Part shown: positions 29,300-39,107 of the stretch, in pieces
How positions within the stretch are numbered: position 1 is the first letter of the stretch
Layout: each line of letters starts with the position of its first letter
NCBI GenBank assembly: GCA_958413985.1
Contig: CATYVZ010000008.1
Span: 5,842 to 69,841, forward strand
Direction: 5' to 3'
Source: an uncultured Bacilli bacterium
GTDB lineage: Bacteria > Bacillota_I > Bacilli_A > RF39 > UBA660
Length of the DNA stretch: 64,000 nt
The notes under the pieces: generated by a model
Seen by the model: the letters and a program-made list of their open reading frames with translations, nothing else
What the model was told of the DNA's origin: nothing
Database searches by the model: none
Made by a program: the position numbers and the translations under genes

Positions 29300-31083
29300 T
29301 GGATATAAAAAGTCAAATAGCTCCTAAAGGGCTAGAATTTAGAACAAGTGATTTTGTTATAAGCGATAAATATGCTACTATCTTAACGGTCATATCTTAT
29401 CCTAAATTTATTTCGCCTGGATATTTAGCTAATTTAACTAGTATGTCTGGTGTTAAAGTAGTAATCAAACATATTCCTTTACCATTTAACGTTATTAGAA
29501 GAATGTTAAATAAAGAAATAGCTGATTTAAAAGCTCGTTATCAAGAAGAAAACGATAAAACAATTCAAGAAAGAATTAGACAAGATTATGAATCATTAGA
29601 GTTTTTCATTTCTCAGTTGGTTAGTACTCAATCAAAAATATTTGATTTTCAAATGCATGTGATGGTTACTGCTGATTCTGAAGAAGAATTATCAGCTAAA
29701 AAATTACAAGTTAAAAGTTATCTAGAAGCATTAGAAATGCGAGCATTCCCACTTAGATTTGAACAAGAAAAAGTTCTAAAATCTATACTTCCTATCTTTC
29801 CTAAACAACCGATCGAAGATCGGATTGGAACACCAATCCCAGCTCCGACGATTGCAGCGATGTTTCCTTTCATTTTTGACAGTATTAAAGATCCGGGATT
29901 ATCATGTCTATTAGGTGTAGATTTTTCCGGTGGTGTTATTTTATTTAATCAATTCTTATATCAAATAAAAAAAGAACACAATCGTAACAATGCTAATGTA
30001 ATTATTCTAGGAACATCAGGTTCTGGTAAATCGACAGCTGCAAAATTGTTGTTACGAACACATATTAGAAACGATATTCAAATTGTAGTTATCGACCCTG
30101 AAGGTGAACTAGAAGATATGGCTAGACTCTATGGTGGTGATTTTATCGATTTAGGTAAAGGTGGCGAATTTGGAATGGTTAATCCATTAGAAATTGTCAT
30201 GGATGCCGATGAGGATGAAATTAAACAAGGTCTAGGCTATACAGTTTTAACAAGAACATTACAAACTTTAAAAGCTTTTATCAAGTATTATGATCCTAGT
30301 ATCGAGGAAGATACGACTAATATGTTTAGTGAAATTGTCCAAGACACATATCGTCGTTTTGGAATAGATTTCACAACCGATTTTTCTAAGTTGAATTCTA
30401 ATGATTACCCAACTTTTAAAGATGTTTATGCAACAGTAAGAGGTAAGTTATTGTCTATCCCTGAAAAAACTCACGAAAAAGATATCTTAGAAAAATTAGA
30501 ATTAAAAATAAGACCATTAGTCAAAGAATTACGTTATTATTTTGATGGTCATACGACTATTCAACCACAAAGTAATTTTATCGTATTTAATATTAAAGAG
30601 TTAATGAATAGTGATAAAAACATAAGAAATGCATTGTTTTTCAACATATTAAAATATGCTTGGAGTCTAACTTTAAATCCCGACACCAACACAGTTTTGA
30701 CAGTTGACGAAGCTCATGTTTTGATCTCTGGTAGCAATGTTTTAGGAGCTGATTTCTTAGGACAGATCCAAAGACGTGCGCGTAAATATAACACAGGAAC
30801 TATCATTATAACTCAACAACCTTCAGATTTTAGTGATCCTTCTGTCATTACTCAGGGTAAAGCTATATTTGATAATGCTTCTTATTACTTAGTAATGGGA
30901 TTAAAAAAACAGGCAGTCGAGGATTTATCTAAATTAATCGATTTAAACGACAACGAAAAAGAAAGTATCAAACGATATAATCAAGGAGAAGCCTTGTTTG
31001 TCTGTGGTAGCCGTAGAATGCGAATAAATATTATTGCCACAGAACAAGAATTAGATTCTTTTGGAAGCGGTGGCGGATTATAA
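29299..31083 (+). CDS. VirB4-family conjugal transfer ATPase, ATPase domain (594 aa)
   Basis: Walker A ILGTSGSGKSTAA. VirB4 signature VVIDPEGELED. Walker B LTVDEAHVLI. C-terminal motif TQQPSDF. Confidence 0.85.
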   Translation: MDIKSQIAPKGLEFRTSDFVISDKYATILTVISYPKFISPGYLANLTSMSGVKVVIKHIPLPFNVIRRMLNKEIADLKARYQEENDKTIQERIRQDYESLEFFISQLVSTQSKIFDFQMHVMVTADSEEELSAKKLQVKSYLEALEMRAFPLRFEQEKVLKSILPIFPKQPIEDRIGTPIPAPTIAAMFPFIFDSIKDPGLSCLLGVDFSGGVILFNQFLYQIKKEHNRNNANVIILGTSGSGKSTAAKLLLRTHIRNDIQIVVIDPEGELEDMARLYGGDFIDLGKGGEFGMVNPLEIVMDADEDEIKQGLGYTVLTRTLQTLKAFIKYYDPSIEEDTTNMFSEIVQDTYRRFGIDFTTDFSKLNSNDYPTFKDVYATVRGKLLSIPEKTHEKDILEKLELKIRPLVKELRYYFDGHTTIQPQSNFIVFNIKELMNSDKNIRNALFFNILKYAWSLTLNPDTNTVLTVDEAHVLISGSNVLGADFLGQIQRRARKYNTGTIIITQQPSDFSDPSVITQGKAIFDNASYYLVMGLKKQAVEDLSKLIDLNDNEKESIKRYNQGEALFVCGSRRMRINIIATEQELDSFGSGGGL

Positions 31084-31103
31084 AGTAATTGGTGGTGATG
31101 TAG

Positions 31104-33386
31104 ATGCCTAACGAACAGAACAATGGTTACAACTCTAAAAACATCCAAAATAGTCAAAAAGAAAACAGTAAGATTCCTACACAAAGGAATTTTTCTGCAT
31201 TGCCAAAAAACAATAATCAAATTAACAAGGGATACAATCCTAATTTGGTGAACCATAAATACCGCCTTCGCCAAAATAATTTAACAAATAATGTTTTAAG
31301 AAAAAACAATTTAGTCGAACAAACTAAAATTAATCAAACAAGACAAGATAATCAGACAGTAGCTGATAATCAAAATTTAGAAGAAATTAACGAAAAAAAT
31401 TCGCCCAAAGAATCTATTAGTAATATATCTGATCAAATTTCAAATAAAGTTAACCCCTTAAAAAGATTTAATCCCTTTGGTTTATTTGGCAAAAAAAACA
31501 AAGTTGAAGCCGAAGGTAGTGGGGAATATGCTGTTAATTTAGGAAAAAAAGTAGTTTTATTTGGAACTGGAGCAACGTTTGGTTTAGGGGGCTGTTTTTC
31601 TTTCCTTGTCTTAGTTTGTGTTATAGCTATTATTATGGCACCTTTGTTCTTTGTTGCCGAATTAATTGACGACGTTGGTGATGGTCTTTCAAGCTTTGGT
31701 GAAAAATTAGGTAATTTTTTAACCTTTAGAGGTTGGTGTAGCGATGAAGAATGCCAAGAACAAGAGCAAGACAACTTTTATGAATCAATCAAAGAAGTTT
31801 ATGAAGACTATCGTTCAGATAAAAATGTCACTTTAAATACGTCATTATTAACTGCCACTCTTACTTATATAGATCCATATAATACGACCAACGAAGATGA
31901 CGACAATGAAAAAATTGAAGATTGGGAAGATATGGCTTCATCTAGTCTTATCGACTTTAAAAAGAGCGAAAAGAAAGTAACAGAACTAGCTAAAAAAATG
32001 GTTAAAAAAAATGATGATGGCATTTGGGAACTCGATCTAGACGGTTATCGTGAATATCTGGAAACAGATTTTATCCGTAAGTTTTATTATGACAATAAGG
32101 AAGGTAGTGCTGTCGATAATAAAGTCAAACAGACAGTTAATGAAATTTTTGCAAGAGCAGAAGCTTTTGAAGGATTAGAGCCTGAATTTGTTTATACCAA
32201 AACATATGCTTATTGCCCCGGAGTAACAGTTACTAGCCGTGATGGTACGGTTGAAGGTACTTATTCTCTTGAAGATTATATTGCGGGAGTTGTCAGTGCT
32301 GAAGCTATGGCTGGTTTAAATAAAGAAGCCTTAAAAGCGCAAGCCGTGGCTGCTCGAACTGCCACTTTAAAATTTACTAATAATTGTTCAAAACCGATTG
32401 AAAATAGTACCCGTAACCAAGTTTTCAGGTGGCCTGCTTCTGATTATGGTATCGAAGCAGCTGAAGCAACTAAAGGTCAAGTATTAATTTATGATGGAGC
32501 TATTTTTGATACAATGTATGACTCTTATTGCTATGATGACAAAGATTGTCAATATGGCGATGAGGATGGCCGTCACTACGTTATCTATACAAAATTACCT
32601 GGCAATGAAACACATAAGGTTTATTTGAGCCCAGAGTATTATAAATATGTCAATGGTGGTCATGGTTTTGGTATGAGTCAGGCTGTCTCTTATGAAATGG
32701 CCGATAATGGTGCAACTTATGAAGAAATACTAAAATTTTTCTATTCTGATGGTGCTTCTTTAGCCAACATGATTACCATCATAGGTGGTGAATACATTAG
32801 TAGTAGTTCTATTATTGCCGATAAAGATGAATTATCTAGACGTTCTGATTACTATAATCAAATCGGAACAATTAAAATTGGCGGTGAGTCGTTTAATTTA
32901 GGGACAATTTATTCTAAAAGTGCAGGTAATTTAGGTCAATGTGTTTGGTATGCTCAATCTCGAGCATTAGAATTAATATATAGCTCTAATATGGACGACT
33001 TCCAAAAAATTAAAGCTTTAAAAGCAATTAGCTCTACTTATCGTAATGGTGAAGGATGGTATGAAGCTTCTACTTTAGATATTTTTCCAAAGGAAAGCGA
33101 TTACACATTACCTGTTGCTGGCGCGATTGTTTCATGGACTAGTAGTACTAGCCTAGGCGCTAGTCATAATTACGGTCACGTTGCAATAATCGAAAGTGTC
33201 GATTATGAAAAACAAGAAGTAGTTATATCTGATGGTTGGAATAAATATGGTCCTCATGGTGAAGAAAGTTGGGAAAACGTTCAATATCGTACTAGAACTT
33301 TGTCTTTTGATAAGATATTAAATTATCAGACAGGTTATACTTTTAATGGTTATGTATATATTTTAGGGCAAGGTGAATCATTATGA
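31104..33386 (+). CDS. VirB1-like cell-wall hydrolase: Asn/Gln-rich N-terminal region, TM, SpoIID/LytB domain and C-terminal CHAP domain
   Basis: The SpoIID part shows YIAGVVSAEAMAGLNKEALKAQAVAARTATLKF and GMSQAVSYEMADNG. The CHAP part shows GQCVWYAQSRALE and NYGHVAIIESV (Cys/His). A single TM lies around residue 175. Confidence 0.8.
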   Translation: MPNEQNNGYNSKNIQNSQKENSKIPTQRNFSALPKNNNQINKGYNPNLVNHKYRLRQNNLTNNVLRKNNLVEQTKINQTRQDNQTVADNQNLEEINEKNSPKESISNISDQISNKVNPLKRFNPFGLFGKKNKVEAEGSGEYAVNLGKKVVLFGTGATFGLGGCFSFLVLVCVIAIIMAPLFFVAELIDDVGDGLSSFGEKLGNFLTFRGWCSDEECQEQEQDNFYESIKEVYEDYRSDKNVTLNTSLLTATLTYIDPYNTTNEDDDNEKIEDWEDMASSSLIDFKKSEKKVTELAKKMVKKNDDGIWELDLDGYREYLETDFIRKFYYDNKEGSAVDNKVKQTVNEIFARAEAFEGLEPEFVYTKTYAYCPGVTVTSRDGTVEGTYSLEDYIAGVVSAEAMAGLNKEALKAQAVAARTATLKFTNNCSKPIENSTRNQVFRWPASDYGIEAAEATKGQVLIYDGAIFDTMYDSYCYDDKDCQYGDEDGRHYVIYTKLPGNETHKVYLSPEYYKYVNGGHGFGMSQAVSYEMADNGATYEEILKFFYSDGASLANMITIIGGEYISSSSIIADKDELSRRSDYYNQIGTIKIGGESFNLGTIYSKSAGNLGQCVWYAQSRALELIYSSNMDDFQKIKALKAISSTYRNGEGWYEASTLDIFPKESDYTLPVAGAIVSWTSSTSLGASHNYGHVAIIESVDYEKQEVVISDGWNKYGPHGEESWENVQYRTRTLSFDKILNYQTGYTFNGYVYILGQGESL

Positions 33387-34054
33387 AAAAATTTATAGTA
33401 CTTATTTTAGTATTATTTCTAACCGGTTGTGACGTTACATATAAGTTGGAATTTATTGATGATGATTTAACAGAAACGATTTCTTTAACGATTCCAACTA
33501 GTGAAGAAAATAAAATTGAACAATTAAAAAATGCCAAGATCTATGCGATTAACAACAGCATTAGTCAACAACTATATAATGCAACTTATGATGAGGGACT
33601 ATTTAATTTTAATGCAAAATATGTTTATACATATAGTAAAGAAAGCTTTAGACATGCTCTTTATGCTACTGAGTGCTTTGATGCTTTTGGCTTTACTAGT
33701 CAAGATGATAATTATATTTTATCGACTAGTGAAGGATTTAAATGTATGTCTTTATATTACTATTTTGCCGATAATGTTAATATCGAAATTAAGACAAACC
33801 ATTTAGTTATTGAAAATAATGCTGACCAAGTTATCGATAATAAATATATTTGGAATATCAATAATGAAAACGCTGATACAAAAAAAATATATATTAAATT
33901 TGGTGAAGTTCAAACAAGAAGTTTTTTACAAAAAATAATTAATTTTATCAAAGAAAATAAAATTGCTGTAATTATCGGTGGATCTGTTGTCTTAATAGGT
34001 TCTACAATAGTTATTTATATCGTTATAGTTAGTAAAAAAAATAATGAAATTTAA
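33383..34054 (+). CDS. lipoprotein with C-terminal TM anchor (223 aa)
   Basis: Lipobox LTGC in MKKFIVLILVLFLTGCD. C-terminal hydrophobic helix. Its position between hydrolase and coupling protein suggests a T4SS accessory or VirB8-like role, but there is no motif support. Confidence 0.45.
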   Translation: MKKFIVLILVLFLTGCDVTYKLEFIDDDLTETISLTIPTSEENKIEQLKNAKIYAINNSISQQLYNATYDEGLFNFNAKYVYTYSKESFRHALYATECFDAFGFTSQDDNYILSTSEGFKCMSLYYYFADNVNIEIKTNHLVIENNADQVIDNKYIWNINNENADTKKIYIKFGEVQTRSFLQKIINFIKENKIAVIIGGSVVLIGSTIVIYIVIVSKKNNEI

Positions 34055-34062
34055 TCGATAAT

Positions 34063-36183
34063 GTGTTATACTGTTATGTAGTGAGTAATTATGAGGTGAA
34101 TAATATGAAACTAAAGTTTAAAGCAAGTGCAAAGGATTATTTAATTTTCGTTATTTTTGCCATATTTTTATTGTATTTTGTGGCAATCGCAGTACTTAAT
34201 TTGGCAAGTTTTGCTTCTGATGGTGTTTTTCACGGCTTAAATCCGATGCTAGCCTTTTCTAAAGAATATATAGTTCCCACTATCGTCGGTTATGTTTTTG
34301 CTTTAGTTTTTATCATAACTAGTGTTTCATCTTATTTCTTTGAACGTGATAAAGGTATTGGCATCAGTACTGGAACTAAAGAAGAAAAAGGTTATTCTAG
34401 ATGGGCTGATGAGAAAGAATTTAAAAAACAAAAAGATATTCATAAAATTTTACCTAATCAAGAAACAAGTGAATACGCTGGTATCCCGCTTATAAATAAT
34501 GGTAAAGAAATTTGGGTCGATTCTGGTGAGTACCACAATCTTATATTAGGTGCTACCGGTTCTGGTAAAACACAAACTATGGTTCAACCAATGGTGCGTA
34601 TTTTAGCTAAAAAAGGCGAGACCATGATCATTACCGATCCTAAAGGTGAAATTTACGAAAACAATGCCGAAATGTTAAAAGAAAAGGGTTATAATGTTGT
34701 TTTGTTAAACTTCCGTGATCCACAAAAAGGTAGTGCTTGGAATCCTTTAAGCTTACCATATGAACTTTATAAAAATGGTAATAAAGATAAAGCTAATGAG
34801 TTGTTAGACGACTTAGCGATGAATATTCTTTACGATGAAAAAGCTCAAAATCAAGATCCGTTCTGGGAAAAAACATCAGCTGATTATTTTACAGGTTTAG
34901 CATTAGCTTTATTTGAAGATGCAAAAGAAGAAGAAATAAACTTAAATACGATCAATTTAATGACGACAGTTGGCGAAGATAAACTTGGCAATACTACTTA
35001 TATAAAAGAATATTTTAATTATAAAGATAAAGCTAGTCCAGCTTACATTAATGTTTCTTCGACCATCATGGCACCTAGCGATACAAAAAGTAGTATTTTA
35101 TCCGTTTTTAAACAAAAAATAAAACTATTTTCTTCTAGAGAAAATTTATCTGAAATGTTAAGTCATAGCGATTTTGATTTAAAAGATATTGGAAGAAAGA
35201 AAACTGCTGTTTTCTTAGTTATTCAAGATGAGAAGAAAACTTATCATTCATTGGTTACTATTTTCATTAAACAATGTTATGAAACTTTAATCGACATCGC
35301 TCAAGAATCAGGTGGGAAATTACCTTTTAAAACCAACTTTATTTTGGATGAGTTTGCCAATATGCCACCTTTAAAAGATGTCACTACAATGGTTACTGCT
35401 GCACGAAGTAGAAATATTAGATTTACGTTTATAATCCAAAACTTTGCACAATTATATCAAGTTTATGGTAAAGAAAACGGCGAAACAATTAAAGGAAATT
35501 GTGGTAATATTGTCTATCTTATCAGTAGTGAATTAGCTTCCCTAGAAGAAATTAGTAAATTATGTGGCGAAGTTAAATCTAAAGAAAAAGATAAAACGGC
35601 AAGTACACCTTTGGTTACAGTTAGTGATTTACAAAGGTTACCAGAAAATACAATTATTGTTTTAAGAATTAGATCGATGCCATTTAAAACGCGAGTCGTT
35701 CCTGATTGGAAAATTCAGAAAGAAGGTAAATGGGGTAAATCTTATCCTAAAGCTTCTTATCCTGAAAGAGAAAAACAGGAAATCAAATTGTTTGATTTAA
35801 AGGCTTATGTCGATCAAAAAAGAGAAGCAAAATTAAATGATATGATATCTTCATTTGGCGCTTCTCCGGTTGTTCCAAAACAAGATAGAACTAGTAAAGA
35901 ACAACCAAAAATGGCGCCACCTATTAAAGAAGACAGTTTTGATATCGATGCTTTAGTCAAAAGAATAGATGCGAAGATAGCAGAATTAGAAGAACAAGAA
36001 AAATTAGAACAGTTGGCTAAAAGTCAAAATGTTGATCAACCACTTCCTTTTGAAAACAACGATTCTACTGTTTTGCAATCTACTGAACCAAAAATTGAAT
36101 TAAAAGAAGAAGAAGAAAAAGTAATCAATGGTGTGACTGACGATCAATTCTTTGATGATTTCTTTAATGATGAAGATGATTAA
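34063..36183 (+). CDS. VirD4/TraG/TcpA-type type IV coupling protein
   Basis: Two N-terminal TM helices. Walker A LILGATGSGKTQTMV. Walker B FILDEFANMPPL. At 706 aa, with an acidic C-terminal tail (DDFFNDEDD) typical of substrate-recruiting T4CPs. Confidence 0.8.
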   Translation: MLYCYVVSNYEVNNMKLKFKASAKDYLIFVIFAIFLLYFVAIAVLNLASFASDGVFHGLNPMLAFSKEYIVPTIVGYVFALVFIITSVSSYFFERDKGIGISTGTKEEKGYSRWADEKEFKKQKDIHKILPNQETSEYAGIPLINNGKEIWVDSGEYHNLILGATGSGKTQTMVQPMVRILAKKGETMIITDPKGEIYENNAEMLKEKGYNVVLLNFRDPQKGSAWNPLSLPYELYKNGNKDKANELLDDLAMNILYDEKAQNQDPFWEKTSADYFTGLALALFEDAKEEEINLNTINLMTTVGEDKLGNTTYIKEYFNYKDKASPAYINVSSTIMAPSDTKSSILSVFKQKIKLFSSRENLSEMLSHSDFDLKDIGRKKTAVFLVIQDEKKTYHSLVTIFIKQCYETLIDIAQESGGKLPFKTNFILDEFANMPPLKDVTTMVTAARSRNIRFTFIIQNFAQLYQVYGKENGETIKGNCGNIVYLISSELASLEEISKLCGEVKSKEKDKTASTPLVTVSDLQRLPENTIIVLRIRSMPFKTRVVPDWKIQKEGKWGKSYPKASYPEREKQEIKLFDLKAYVDQKREAKLNDMISSFGASPVVPKQDRTSKEQPKMAPPIKEDSFDIDALVKRIDAKIAELEEQEKLEQLAKSQNVDQPLPFENNDSTVLQSTEPKIELKEEEEKVINGVTDDQFFDDFFNDEDD

Positions 36184-36185
36184 AA

Positions 36186-36216
36186 ATAACCCTTTAAATA
36201 TTTAAAGGGTTGTTTT
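36186..36216 (+). terminator. rho-independent terminator ending the T4SS-like module
   Basis: AACCCTTTAAATATTTAAAGGGTT perfect palindrome followed by a T-rich run. Confidence 0.6.
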
Positions 36217-36394
36217 ATATAAGCAAGCTTGGCGGCACCCATCATAAATTGTCTTTAAAACAATAGTCATTTTCTAACATATGAATAAAATTATTTATAA
36301 GAAGATACAATCAAAAACTTATTTTTCATTTTGTTCTAGATATATAACCTTTATCGATTAATACCTATCACATATAATGTTGTAGGGTGGTTAT

Positions 36395-36682
36395 ATGGTA
36401 ATGAATATCACAGTAAAAGAATTACTAGCCAAAGGTGACATCAATATAATTGATATTCGTAGTGTAGAGAAATATAATGATAATCATATTCCTAGAGCTA
36501 AAAATATCCCCATGCTTCTTTTGTTAAGCGATCCAGGTAAATACATAAATAAAAATGAAGAATACTATATATATTGCCAGTATGGAAAAAGTAGCCTTAA
36601 AGTATGCCGGATCCTAGCTAGCAAGGGATATAAAGTTTATAATGTAGTGCGTGGTTATGAGGGATGGTTATTAGAAAAATAA
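36395..36682 (+). CDS. single-domain rhodanese (sulfurtransferase)
   Basis: 95 aa. Active-site loop CQYGKSS. Followed by terminator AAACTGC-atata-GCAGTTT. Confidence 0.7.
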   Translation: MVMNITVKELLAKGDINIIDIRSVEKYNDNHIPRAKNIPMLLLLSDPGKYINKNEEYYIYCQYGKSSLKVCRILASKGYKVYNVVRGYEGWLLEK

Positions 36683-36750
36683 AACTGCATATAGCAGTTT
36701 TTGTTTGACCTTTATTAGCTGATATAGTATAATTAAACTGGTGAATTACT

Positions 36751-37815
36751 ATGGAATATATCATAATAGGATTGTTAATAATAATATTAGTTATCAGTAT
36801 TTTTTCATTAACCAAAAACATCAATGAATCACACATTACAGAAAGACTTGGAAAATTAGAAACTAATGTAGTAAAAGAGATCGGCGAATTTAAATCATCA
36901 TTTAGTCGCGATTTAGGTAATGATTTTGAAAGATTAAATGAAAAGTTAGATAATAAATTAACTCTAATCAACAATAAAGTTAATGAAAGACTCGATGAAA
37001 ATTTTGAAAAGACAAATAAGACATTTACCAATGTGTTAGAAAGATTATCAAAAATTGATGAAGCACAAAAGAAAATAGATAATTTATCAAATGATATTAT
37101 ATCTTTACAGAGTGTTTTAACAGACAAAAAAACAAGAGGTGTCTTTGGTGAAGTAAATTTAAAAAACATTATGTATAATATCTTTGGCGAAAATGACAAA
37201 ATATATCAAATGCAATATAAGTTTAACAACGATACTATTGCTGATTGCGTTTTGTTCGCCCCTATGCCACTAGGTTTAATTGCGATCGATTCAAAATTTC
37301 CATTAGAGCATTATCAAGCTATGGTAGATAAAAAAAATGATCTTACAGTAAGAGAACAAGCGGAAAAATTATTTAGAAGTGATATGAAAAAACATATTGA
37401 TGCCATTGCTAGTAAATATATAATCGATGGCGTAACTAGTGATCAAGCGATACTTTTTTTGCCAGCTGAAGCTATATTTGCTGAGGTTAATGCATATCAT
37501 AGTGATATAATAGAATATGCATACAAAAAAAGAGTATGGTTAACTAGCCCTACAACATTAATAAGTACCTTGACGACGATTCAAATAATCATGAAAAATA
37601 TCGAAAGAGATAAATATACGACAGTCATTCATAACGAACTTAAACTTTTAAGTACAGAGTTCAATCGTTATAAAGAAAGATGGGATCGTTTATATAAGAA
37701 TATTGAAACAGTAAGTAGGGATGTTAAAGATATTCATACAACAACAGATAAAATTACTAAAAGATTTAATACAATTAATCAAGTAGAAATGGATGGATTA
37801 GATGAAATTGAATAA
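36751..37815 (+). CDS. rmuC: DNA recombination protein RmuC
   Basis: N-terminal TM, long coiled-coil, and C-terminal RmuC nuclease-like region (AILFLPAEAIFAEV). 354 aa. Confidence 0.7.
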   Translation: MEYIIIGLLIIILVISIFSLTKNINESHITERLGKLETNVVKEIGEFKSSFSRDLGNDFERLNEKLDNKLTLINNKVNERLDENFEKTNKTFTNVLERLSKIDEAQKKIDNLSNDIISLQSVLTDKKTRGVFGEVNLKNIMYNIFGENDKIYQMQYKFNNDTIADCVLFAPMPLGLIAIDSKFPLEHYQAMVDKKNDLTVREQAEKLFRSDMKKHIDAIASKYIIDGVTSDQAILFLPAEAIFAEVNAYHSDIIEYAYKKRVWLTSPTTLISTLTTIQIIMKNIERDKYTTVIHNELKLLSTEFNRYKERWDRLYKNIETVSRDVKDIHTTTDKITKRFNTINQVEMDGLDEIE

Positions 37816-38365
37816 AATAAATGCTGTAATAGCTTTTGTTTTATGTTGTTTAGTAGTATTCTTCTCTATATTTTATAAAGACATTACATTATTATTATTT
37901 TGTATATATTTAGTTTTTCCTTTTGTTTTTAAGATAAAGCCAGTTATTACTTTATTGTATTTAATATTTGGCTTTATAGCTATTTTCTTAGGATCACAAC
38001 TACATCTATACAAAATAACTAGTTGGTTCGATGCTATGACACACTTCATTTGGGGCATGTTGTCAGGGCTTTTTGGTCTATTTATTTTAAAGAAACTAAA
38101 GATGTTTGAACAAAAGAATGTCATTTTTAATGTTCTATTTGTCTTTCTTTTTTCTTTAGCAACTTCAGGTTTATGGGAAATATTTGAATTTACTATTGAT
38201 AGTCTATTAGGTGCGGATATGCAAAGACGAGCGACTGGTGTTTACGATACGATGAAAGATATTATTGTTACCTTGTTTGGTAATGTCTTGTTTATCTTAA
38301 GTTTTTGTTTTGAATATAAGGAGAATAAAGAACTTTTAATTAAGAAGTTTATGAAAAAGATTTAG
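37802..38365 (+). CDS. polytopic membrane protein (187 aa)
   Basis: Five TM helices. No motif recognised. Confidence 0.4.
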   Translation: MKLNKINAVIAFVLCCLVVFFSIFYKDITLLLFCIYLVFPFVFKIKPVITLLYLIFGFIAIFLGSQLHLYKITSWFDAMTHFIWGMLSGLFGLFILKKLKMFEQKNVIFNVLFVFLFSLATSGLWEIFEFTIDSLLGADMQRRATGVYDTMKDIIVTLFGNVLFILSFCFEYKENKELLIKKFMKKI

Positions 38366-38374
38366 GTGGTTTGA

Positions 38375-39103
38375 ATGGATAACATGGAAAAAGAAGCTTT
38401 AAAAACGATTTGGGATTATATGTTTTTAAAGCAAAAAATAACAAAATGTGATTTGATAATTGGTTGTGGTTGCTACGATAAGCAAATTCCTGTTCTTTGT
38501 GCAGAACTGTTAAAAAAAGGATATGCGTCAAAGATTATTTTTACTGGAGGTTTAGGCAAAATTACTCAAAATGTTTTTACTAAATCCGAGGCTGAAACTT
38601 ATAAGGATATTGCGATTGCTTGTGGTGTTGAAGCTGAAAAAATTTTAATTGAAAATAAATCTACTAATACAGGTGACAATTTTAAATTTTCAGCGAAATT
38701 GATTGCGGAAAATCAACTTAAGGCTGACAAAGTTTTGATTGTTCATCGTGGTATTTATCAAAGACGAACTTTAAATGTGGCGAAAACAGTTTTGAAAAAT
38801 AGTGAAGTTTTTATTACTGCTCCGCCTGTAACTTTTGACGAATTTGTTACATTTCTTGAAAATAGTCCTGAAGATGAAGTTGAACGTTCAATTGCAGTTA
38901 TCGTCGGTAATATCCAAAGATTGATAATTTATCCACAATTTGGATGGCAGACAGAAGAACAAATTCCTATCAATGTATTGAAAGCTTATGAATTTTTGAA
39001 AAGTGTAGGTTACGATCAATATATTTATAAAAAAGAAGATATAAAAAAACTTATTAAAAAACATGGACTAGAAAAAGGCAAAGAACCTAATTATTTTAAT
39101 TGA
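38375..39103 (+). CDS. DUF218 (YdcF/ElyC-like) domain protein
   Basis: KIIFTGG...SEAETYKDIAIACGV...ENKSTNTGDNFKFS matches the DUF218 core (SGG...sEA...S.nT.eN). Confidence 0.55.
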   Translation: MDNMEKEALKTIWDYMFLKQKITKCDLIIGCGCYDKQIPVLCAELLKKGYASKIIFTGGLGKITQNVFTKSEAETYKDIAIACGVEAEKILIENKSTNTGDNFKFSAKLIAENQLKADKVLIVHRGIYQRRTLNVAKTVLKNSEVFITAPPVTFDEFVTFLENSPEDEVERSIAVIVGNIQRLIIYPQFGWQTEEQIPINVLKAYEFLKSVGYDQYIYKKEDIKKLIKKHGLEKGKEPNYFN

Positions 39104-39107
39104 TGTA

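Noticed and set aside
13118-36183. Interpretation of the pilus/T4SS cluster as an integrative conjugative element
   Set aside because: No integrase/recombinase, relaxase or flanking direct repeats are seen in the window. A housekeeping ackA sits in the middle and core genes flank it. The ICE hypothesis is kept only as an alternative in the finding, since a relaxase could lie elsewhere.
36618-37199. 193-aa minus-strand ORF
   Set aside because: Antisense to rmuC, with low-complexity Ser/Leu/Phe-rich translation typical of the shadow frame of an AT-rich coiled-coil gene.
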